Made by a program: the position numbers and the translations under genes. A stretch of DNA of 64,000 nt from Andalucia godoyi And28 (lineage: Eukaryota; Protista; Jakobida), in the NCBI GenBank assembly GCA_009859145.1, contig VRVR01000045.1, positions 31,033 to 95,032 of the forward strand, in the 5' to 3' direction. The notes under the pieces were generated by a model. That model did not search any database and was not told the origin of the DNA. It saw only the letters and a list, made by a program, of their open reading frames with translations. The number at the start of each line of letters is the position of its first letter. The stretch's first letter is position 1. Positions 30,241-38,600 of this stretch are shown here, piece after piece.

Positions 30241-30599
30241 ATAGTCTGGGATTTCTGTTTTTACTTTTGGTGTGCTCTGGTTGCGGAGAAACCGTGCGGC
30301 AGGACGGCTGTAGTGCACGAAAATAGCTCGAAAAGGCACTGACAGTGGCGCATCGTGCATAGCGGGGAGGACTGACAGTCGACGAGTGTCAGAATTTTCA
30401 AAAGTTGTTGTCTCCGACATTCTCAGTTTTACTTTATTTTGCACTTTATTTTTTCTCGTATATGTTTCCTCTTTGTGGCTTTTTTGTCTTGTGTTTTGCT
30501 CTTTGATTTTATTAAGAGGAATATAATTGTAAAGAGTGTTAGGGTTGTCAGAACGGGGACGGGGGTGGAAGGAGCGGAGGGGGAGAGAGATAGAACATA

Positions 30600-33500
30600 A
30601 TGAGGTTTGACGTGTTCTTGTCGATAACTCCGACGCCGGTGGATGGATTTTGTCCTTTGGAGAGCGAGATGTGGAAGAATGCAATGGAGCAGGTGCGGGT
30701 TGCAGATGACGCTGGGTTTGAAGTTGCGTGGTTCGCAGAATCGCATTTGTCGCACAAGGCACAGCTTCGCAATCGACACCCGGTCACGCCGTCGTTTGAA
30801 GGCGAAATCGGACTGAACTCGGACTTTCCGCAGCTTGCAACACGTGTTTTGAGCTGCACAAAACGCATTGGCGTTGGCGCAGCGGTGTTGAACATTCTTT
30901 CTAATGGGGGGCCAATCGCAAATGCAGAGTGCATTGCACAGCTCATCAGCATGCACACTGCGCTCAGCTCGGACCCCAACCGGGAAATCCACGTGGCATT
31001 TTCAGCGGGGCGATTTGAGTATGCGCGTCGAGCATTCGGCGTGCTTCCTCGTAACGAATATGAGAGCATCGTGTGGGAGGAGCTGCAGCCGCTCGTTTTC
31101 AGAGAGGCAATGGAAGTGTTTGTGCGGTTGCTGAGGGGAGATGTGCTCAGGGCGGACCAAATCGCCCCGTGCATCTTGTCTGCACATGAAGTCGCGGACC
31201 AAGCAAAATGGTTCTCGTTGCAAAGGGCTCTTCGATTGAGAGACGCGAAGAGCGATCGGGCAGGCCAGGCATCCCCCGAATCGAATAACCCTTGCTCGTG
31301 GTGCACGGACGTAAGGCGAATTGACGAGCACCAGGTGCAGTTCCCGCTCCGCTTCATCTTTCCCGATCAGCATATTGGCGTGATTTCGAGGCCGCAAAAC
31401 GCATCATGTCTAAAGTTGCTCGTGGCGACACATGATCCTTTTCTGCAGCGATTGGCAAACAAGTGGCTCCCCGTGCAAGTGTGCAACTTGTCGGTGACTC
31501 CGGCGGACGTCATTGATCAAACACACGAATTGATGAAGGAGGCGTACCATCCAGCAGGTGGTCCCTGGATGCGTGAATATATGCCCCGCACGGTGTTGGT
31601 CTTCTTGAATGCGGACTCGTCGCTCACAGAAGTTCAACAGAACGACGCAGCAAAGAAATCGGCATTGGCGGCGCTAAAGTCGTATTGGAAGGCCGTGGAG
31701 GGTACCATTTTGGATGAGGATTCGCCAGCCAACAACATGAGAAATGCAGTGTGGGGTTGCCCTGCGCAGGTTGCCGCGCAGCTGCGAAATAACTATCATG
31801 CAGACGACAGACTAATGCTGTGGTTTGATTTTTTCAACCACGACTCCGTTGCAGTGTGCAATTCCATGAAGAATTTTATGAGACTTGTGGTGCCCATGCT
31901 GAACGATGTCATACACCCGCGCATCTTGCAATCCAATGCTTGCATAGCGCCGAATAACAACGTCAATCGTAACAGCAACAGTACGAGAACCGGCTCCGTG
32001 GAGATGCTGGCATCCGGCTACAGTGCGGCTGTCAAGGGGACCCGTAAGGAAATCGTCGTTGTAATTGACCTTCTTCCACCAATTGAAAACGCCGATGAGG
32101 CTTCGTGGACTGCCGATTGGCTGCGGAGTAGCAGTGCGCAAGATCTTGAGGTCCGGGTGTTCAAGGGCATTGACGGCATTTGGCCAACCGAGTATGATTT
32201 GGCGGGGTGCTTGGCAGTCGTGCTCACGGGGTCGACGTGCTCTTGCGTCAACGACTATGATCATACCGAACCTTTGTTCAAGTTCTTTGCGTCTGTCATT
32301 CGTCTTGAAATTCCCACATTGGCGATTTGCTACAGCGCACAAATGCTAGTTCGATGGATTGCGGGGAAAGAACATGTTCTGCGGCTACCTGCTCCACATG
32401 TCGGATTCGTGCAAGTTTCTGCCATGGCGGATCGAGGTTTCGGCAGGTCTGCCACTCTGTTCAATTCCATTGGCGCCAGTTTGATTTCCACAAGCGCGCA
32501 GTCGGACGGTTTCATTGTTCCAGATGAGAACATATCGTATGAGTTGCAAGTCGGGTCGTCGAAACAGGAAACGAGATTCATTCACACTGCGTCTGCTGAA
32601 AAATGGAAGTATCAGGGGTTCCAGCTGCTTGGCCTTCCTGTCTGGGGCGTGCAATTCCACCCAAACTGGCCCTGCTACGGCTCCGAGACAGTGTTCAACC
32701 TGTTGCAACGCGGAAATCCAGCCTTGGTCGTGGAACGACAAGGCGAGTTTCGAGATGCAGATCAGTTCTCCGTCGGAAAATCTTTCTTGGAAGCGTGCCG
32801 TCACCATGTTATGCTCAAGTGGGTGGTCGGCATCCATCTGTCCGGCCTGACCAACCTGTCCACGCCCAGCTATGTGGCTCCCAAGGACCCCTCTGTGACC
32901 GCAGCGGCCGAGGCAAGTCGTGGAGATGGCTCCCTGTGGACTCGAGGATATGGAGACAATGATCAAGGGTGTGTGTCGCTGTCGGGAACCTCCATGAAGA
33001 TGGCGTATCGCGTAATGGCGGTTCTACCAGGCTACTCTTCTGAAGCAGAAGCTACCATTCGGCAAATCATTGAATCCACCTTTGAGTCGATTCACAGTGT
33101 TGCGAACAATTTCAATGCAGAGTCGGAGATTTCCAAGGCTATCGAGCATTTCCGGCAAGGCGGAGAGGAGATTCGCATCTCTTCTTTGCTGGAACGCCTC
33201 CTGCGGTCCACATTTGATGCGCACCTTGTGACCAATCGATTGTTCGATCCGACAGTAGGGAGCATCAAGAAGCTGTGGAAGACCCAGGATGGTGTGCCGG
33301 AGGACCAGAGGTCGTCTATGATGCACACGATTGGCCTTGGACGTTGGTATGTATTGCGAAAGGAAGGTTGCAATGCGGCTGTGCTGTCTCGCAAGCATGC
33401 CAAGTCGCCGCAGTGTGCTCTCTTGGACATCGACCTGTGTTCTATTGCCAAGGGCTTTGCGGTCGATTTGATTTGCGAGCGCTTGTTGGAAAGTGGGGTA

Positions 33501-35105
33501 GTCCGCTATTGTGTGGAATGGGCAGGAGAGATCCGGGTTCGCGGTTCAGATCCCAGTGGTCGTCCGTGGAGGACTGAGATTGTGCGGTTTTTGAATTCCT
33601 CGTCAAATCGCCAGAGCATTGTTTCAGATGAGCTTTTTACCACGACTTCCTCGGTCGCGGCCCCTTTGAATGCTTCTCTAAACGGCGCCGGAAAAGAGAG
33701 CCCCGAAGCTCGGGCTGCAAAGCGGCGCCGAGCTTCTGGCGATTCGTGGGAGGATGTGGGGAGCGCGCAGTTGACTCCAATGTCTGTGAGTGACAATCGA
33801 TCCTTCATTTCTTTTGACCTGGCGACTCTGCACCCCGCACAAGAGCTTGCGCTGGCGACGAGCGGCACATTCTACGAGTCGCTTGGGAAGGACAGGAGCC
33901 ACATCATTGATCCTCTTTCGGGAGAGCCGGTTGTGGTTGTTAGGGCTTCGCCTGTGTGCGTAACTGTTGTCGTTTCCACAGAAGCCGGTCCTTTGAAAGG
34001 CAGCTACCAGCACGATGCGTGCGCATGGGCCGATGCGATTGCGACTGCTGCAATGACAAAGTCGAGTGCCGAAGAAACGGCAATGTATCTGTGGAACATC
34101 ATGCACCGCCTTCCGGAGCGGTATACCCACACGCTCCCTCCGAACCTCGCGATCCTCGAGTTCTTTGTTACCTCGAAGTCTGGAAGAACGTTCAATCGCG
34201 CTAGTGTAAGCGACCTTGTGGCCGTCCAGACGTCTCGAATGGTCACCAGTCTTCCCCTCCCCGTCTGTGTCCTCGTCGCCCGAACACCGTTTTCCTTTGC
34301 GGGCAACAGCAATGGAACAGCCAACAATGGTGCAACTTCGAACCCGAGTGAAAACACGAAATCTCCGCGTACAAATGACCCGTCAAACATTGGGTGTTTG
34401 TGCACCTCGGCGTTCTTCTCGAGCTCTGGATCATTCATCGTTTCGCTCGGAATCTCCAATCGCCTGTGCCGTCTTCTCACGAACGCGGATGGTATTATTG
34501 TCACCGACCTCATTGCATATTTCCTGTCTCCGACGCAGCACAATCTGGCGCGTGAGATACTGGATAGCAGTTCCGACTCTCCGATTCTCAGCGATGCAAC
34601 ATGCACGTTGCTGCATGACGGCGCAAGTCGGTCGTGCACGGTGAAGCTCACGGCGTCGTATCCGATGGGCGACCACGTCGTGTTCGTCGGGTTTGTGCAG
34701 GATCAAGCGTCTGGCAGCGACTGCCGTGGAGACCGAGACTTTCTGTCGTATGCTCGCAAGGAATACTTCACACAGTCGGTGTTCTCGAATGACAGCGAGC
34801 TCCCGCAACCAAAGTCGCGTGTCATCCAGGAGTTGACCGAGTCCACGGGGTCGATTCTTGGTGACCAGCCGATTGCCACGGGAGTGTGCTCCGTCCGACC
34901 GCCCATCTTTTATGCAATGACGACTTCAAAGGCCGGTGGCTGGGTCAACAAGAAGGTCACGCTTTCGGTGCAGGAAACTGATCCCGAGGGATTCTCGACG
35001 TTCGGTCCGCTCAAGTCCGTAGACGGCATCGTCTCGCGCGTCATTCACCTTCCCAAGCAAGCCGCACTCCTCATGATCGACGCTCTGCGGATCAACGGGA
35101 AGTGA
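30600..35105 (+). CDS. Multidomain fusion: luciferase-like monooxygenase (LLM) + type 1 glutamine amidotransferase-like + ApbE FAD:protein FMN transferase + flavin-reductase-like domain
   Basis: Single 1501-aa ORF. LLM ~30600-31910 (ADDAGFEVAWFAESHL, RIGVGAAV, GCPAQVAAQL, FMRLVVPML). GATase ~32050-32800 (VVLTGS, LAICYSAQML, GVQFHPN). ApbE ~32980-34060 (FDPTVG, DLCSIAKGFAVD, GEIRVRG, PWRTEI, ATSGTFY, HIIDPLSGEP, ADAIATA). Flavin-reductase-like ~34230-34770 (LPVCVLV, GCLCTS, MGDHVVFVGFV, FLSYARKEY). Confidence 0.88.
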   Translation: MRFDVFLSITPTPVDGFCPLESEMWKNAMEQVRVADDAGFEVAWFAESHLSHKAQLRNRHPVTPSFEGEIGLNSDFPQLATRVLSCTKRIGVGAAVLNILSNGGPIANAECIAQLISMHTALSSDPNREIHVAFSAGRFEYARRAFGVLPRNEYESIVWEELQPLVFREAMEVFVRLLRGDVLRADQIAPCILSAHEVADQAKWFSLQRALRLRDAKSDRAGQASPESNNPCSWCTDVRRIDEHQVQFPLRFIFPDQHIGVISRPQNASCLKLLVATHDPFLQRLANKWLPVQVCNLSVTPADVIDQTHELMKEAYHPAGGPWMREYMPRTVLVFLNADSSLTEVQQNDAAKKSALAALKSYWKAVEGTILDEDSPANNMRNAVWGCPAQVAAQLRNNYHADDRLMLWFDFFNHDSVAVCNSMKNFMRLVVPMLNDVIHPRILQSNACIAPNNNVNRNSNSTRTGSVEMLASGYSAAVKGTRKEIVVVIDLLPPIENADEASWTADWLRSSSAQDLEVRVFKGIDGIWPTEYDLAGCLAVVLTGSTCSCVNDYDHTEPLFKFFASVIRLEIPTLAICYSAQMLVRWIAGKEHVLRLPAPHVGFVQVSAMADRGFGRSATLFNSIGASLISTSAQSDGFIVPDENISYELQVGSSKQETRFIHTASAEKWKYQGFQLLGLPVWGVQFHPNWPCYGSETVFNLLQRGNPALVVERQGEFRDADQFSVGKSFLEACRHHVMLKWVVGIHLSGLTNLSTPSYVAPKDPSVTAAAEASRGDGSLWTRGYGDNDQGCVSLSGTSMKMAYRVMAVLPGYSSEAEATIRQIIESTFESIHSVANNFNAESEISKAIEHFRQGGEEIRISSLLERLLRSTFDAHLVTNRLFDPTVGSIKKLWKTQDGVPEDQRSSMMHTIGLGRWYVLRKEGCNAAVLSRKHAKSPQCALLDIDLCSIAKGFAVDLICERLLESGVVRYCVEWAGEIRVRGSDPSGRPWRTEIVRFLNSSSNRQSIVSDELFTTTSSVAAPLNASLNGAGKESPEARAAKRRRASGDSWEDVGSAQLTPMSVSDNRSFISFDLATLHPAQELALATSGTFYESLGKDRSHIIDPLSGEPVVVVRASPVCVTVVVSTEAGPLKGSYQHDACAWADAIATAAMTKSSAEETAMYLWNIMHRLPERYTHTLPPNLAILEFFVTSKSGRTFNRASVSDLVAVQTSRMVTSLPLPVCVLVARTPFSFAGNSNGTANNGATSNPSENTKSPRTNDPSNIGCLCTSAFFSSSGSFIVSLGISNRLCRLLTNADGIIVTDLIAYFLSPTQHNLAREILDSSSDSPILSDATCTLLHDGASRSCTVKLTASYPMGDHVVFVGFVQDQASGSDCRGDRDFLSYARKEYFTQSVFSNDSELPQPKSRVIQELTESTGSILGDQPIATGVCSVRPPIFYAMTTSKAGGWVNKKVTLSVQETDPEGFSTFGPLKSVDGIVSRVIHLPKQAALLMIDALRINGK

Positions 35106-35602
35106 CGGAGTCCTTTGGGAGAAGACGGACAATTTCCCAAATCGGGAAAGTCCCTTGCGTCGTCGGAGCTCCGATTCGCTTGCAATCCTGCATCCGCTAT
35201 CGTGCATCATTTCCGATCGTCCATCACAGTTTTTTGGGGGGGCGGAGTTGCTTTTCGACAGCAACAGGATGTAAACTGGATATGCGTTTTCTCCCCGAAA
35301 GCAAAGGCTGCTCCCGTCGTTGGGTTGTTTGCTTTGTTTTGTCTTTTTGGGGGGTGACGGAAGCCTCTTTCTTTTTTAACCTCTTGATTCGTTTTGTTGA
35401 TTTTTGTTGATTTTTCCCGTGTGCTTGCTTCTAAAACGCATTCATGTTTATTGCGTTCATCTTGCTCACATTGTAATTACCAGGTGTTGTTTTTGTTTTT
35501 AATTGTCATTATCATTATCCATTATCAATTATCATTATTGTTTTTTTATTATATTTTTGTTGAAGGTTTTCCTTTGCTTGAGAGGAAGCGGACTAGAGGA
35601 GA

Positions 35603-38600
35603 ATGGATGAGGTTCCGGAACAGCATTTCCTGATTGGAGGGCTAGAGTGTGTGGAGAACTGTGTTCGGAGGATATGCGATGCGGTCCGTCTGCTGCCGGG
35701 CTGTCACGACTGTCATGTTGCTTCCTTTTCGGACGGGTTGATGGTCGTGAAAGGGGCTGTGGACACTCTCGCGATTTTCGAGGCGGTCTGTGCCCTCGGC
35801 TACACAATCGACGTGGCCCGGGCCGCCGACGCCGCCGCCGCCGCCGTGTGCGTGGTTGTGTGCGTGGTCGACGCTGACGCTGACGTGGAGATGGAGGTGG
35901 ACAGAAGGCTCGTGTCTGCAATCGGGCATTTCGAAGACGTCGCTCGCGTCAAGGTGTCTCGATTTGTGCTGGACTCCTGCCCTCGTGCGGCAATTGTATG
36001 CAGCTTGCGACGTCCATCGGCATTCGCGTCCGCCATCACCTCCATCATCGATACTGCATCAGGCCTCGGCTTGTCTCCGCAAACACCTGCTTCGCGTCAG
36101 TACGATTTGCTGCTGCTGGACCACCCCGAATCGACGACCGTCGACACCATCCTTGCCTTCCTCACCCGTCTTCCAGGCGTCCTCTCTGTGTCCTGCCTCC
36201 CAAGCCCCCCGAACCCTAGCTTGGCGAACCCTAATCCTGGCCATTCTCGCTCCCGTGAAGGAGCGGTGCGGGTGCTCCGCGTGACGTGCCACCTTGCAGA
36301 CCCACAAGCGCTGACGTCGCGCGCGGCCTCGGCACCCCTGCACTCGCTTCTTGTCCCGCGGGACCACAACCCTAATCATCCTAACCACCGTAACCCTAAC
36401 CTTAACTCCACTCCGCTTTTTAAAATCGGAGCATCACCCTCCTCGGCAGCCGCAAAGTCGGCCACGGACCAGCCGCCGCTTGTGCTGCTGGGCTTTGTAG
36501 TCGACGGCATGCGGTGCCAGCACGGGTGCGCAGACTATCTTGCGGATCTCGTGGCGTCGCGGGCGTCGGAGTTTGGCGCGGGCATCACTGCCGTCAAGTG
36601 CACGAAAGCGACGCGGATGCTGGTGGTCGCGGTGAACATGACGGGAGCGGGATCGGGATCGGGATCGGGCATTGCGAGCCATCAACTTGCCTCGATGCGG
36701 GAGAAAATCGCCGCGCTGGCGGCGACCGAGTACGACCGTTGCGATGCAGTGGACTCGATCTCGCGGCTGGTGTTCACGGGGCTGCGCGGGATGAAGTGCC
36801 AGCGTGGGTGCGCCGATGCTCTTGCACGCACTGTGCTGACCACGGTCGACCGCGTGCTCGATGCTTCCTGCTCGTTCGAGGACGCCGTGCTGACGGTCGA
36901 CCTTGCGGTTCCGCGTGGAAACGAAGCTGCAGTCGAGCGCAGCGCCGCCACTGCGATCCACCAACTCGTTCTCTCTGAAGAGTATTCGTGCGATTCCAGC
37001 ACTGGCGATGACGATGGCGCGGGGGTGCTCATGGACCGATTCCCATGGTTCGGGTACTTGCCGATCGCGCGCCCTTCGTCGTCTTCTCTCGTGCTTCCCA
37101 TCGAGAGTCCTGATGGTGGCGCGAATGAAGATGGCTGGAAGTTCCCAGCTACTGGCCATCATGCCTCGGCGAGCACAGAGATGGACAGGAAAAACGTAGA
37201 AGAAGAAGCGGAATTGGTAGTGAGGCGAGAAGTGGAAGTGGATAAGGAAACGGCAGCGAGGAAAGAACGAGTGTCGACCTCCGTGTATAAAGTGACTGGG
37301 ATGACATGCACGTCATGTGCGAATGCAATCAGCAAGAATGTGCGGTCAAAGGCAGGCGTTGTGTCGGTGGAGGTGTCGGTGATGACGGACCGCGCGACTG
37401 TCGTGCACGATCCTCGACAGACGTCCGCAAAGGCCATTGAAGCTGTGATTTCCAAGATCGGGTACGGCTGCTCGTTGCTATCCTCGACCCACCAGGCCGA
37501 TGATGCGGATGATACGGGTGAGTTGAACAAGAAGCATGGAGCCGGGGCTGCGGGCGGCGAGGAAGTGGTTCAGTATGCATTTGCAGTCGCCAACGTCACT
37601 TGTGCGAAATGCATCGACAAGATCTCTGCTGCAGTACATGCCCTCGATCCAGTTCACGTCGCCTCGGTCACTCTCGACCCCCTCGATCCCATCGACTCCC
37701 GGCACAGGAATGGCAGCAGTGGGGGCGAGGAAGAAGGGGATGGTGGTCGCGATGCGAATCCAGGGACTGACGATGATGCTGTTGTTGGTGGTAGTGGTGG
37801 TAGTGGTGGTAGTGGTGGTAGTGATGATGATGATGATGATGATGATGCGGACGAACCATCATCGTCGTTGTCGTTTGCAACAGCGGTTCAATCTTGGCTT
37901 TCGCGTATGCTTCCGTTCTCGCGCGGCGGACATCGCATTCGCTCGACTCGGTTCAGCGCCGGTGCTGGCTCTGGCACACGACCTGCGACGCAGAGAATGA
38001 AAATGACGGTGACGCTGTCGGATGCTCGATTCATCCGGCTGACTTCTCCATCCACCGCATCGACCTCGGCATCGTTCTTGTCACCGTCGACGAATGCCGT
38101 GGTATCGCGGTTCACAAACGATGCAGAAGGAGAAGGAGAAGGAAAACAGAACCAGCAGCCGAGGAAGAAACTTGGGCCGCGGACGATTGTGGCGATGCTG
38201 GCTGCGCTTGGATATCCATCATCGTATCTTGTGACAGATGCGAATGCGGCGCTCAAGGAGTCGCTGCTGCGCAAAGAAGAGATTGCGCTGTGGCGTCGAC
38301 GGCTGTGCATCTCGCTGGTATTTACAGTACCGCTCCTGCTTCTCAATATGTTCTTTATGCTCTTTGCGCCGTCGTCAACATCCATGACGGCCATGTTGTG
38401 GGTCGGCATTGTATCGTGGATCCTCGCGACCCCCGTGCAGTTCTACTCCGGGCACGTATTCCACCGAAATGCACTGAAGGCCATTCGCTCGGGCTCAGCG
38501 ACGATGGACGTGCTTGTCTCGCTCGGTACTTTTGCAGCGTACTTGTTCTCCGTCGCAGCGCTCCTCCTGACCATCTCCATGACCTCCTCCTCTGCCGACG

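Noticed and set aside
30600-31910. Interpretation as a true bioluminescence luciferase (LuxA/B)
   Set aside because: No luxCDE-like genes or alpha/beta pair, and the sequence fits the broad LLM family, most members of which are non-luminescent monooxygenases.
27062-35105. Bacterial contamination or chimeric contig
   Set aside because: No operon structure or Shine-Dalgarno pattern; spacers are the same T/A-rich type as around the eukaryotic genes; eukaryote-style low-complexity linkers; seamless flanking by SMC2 and an ATP7-like gene. Long reads would settle it.
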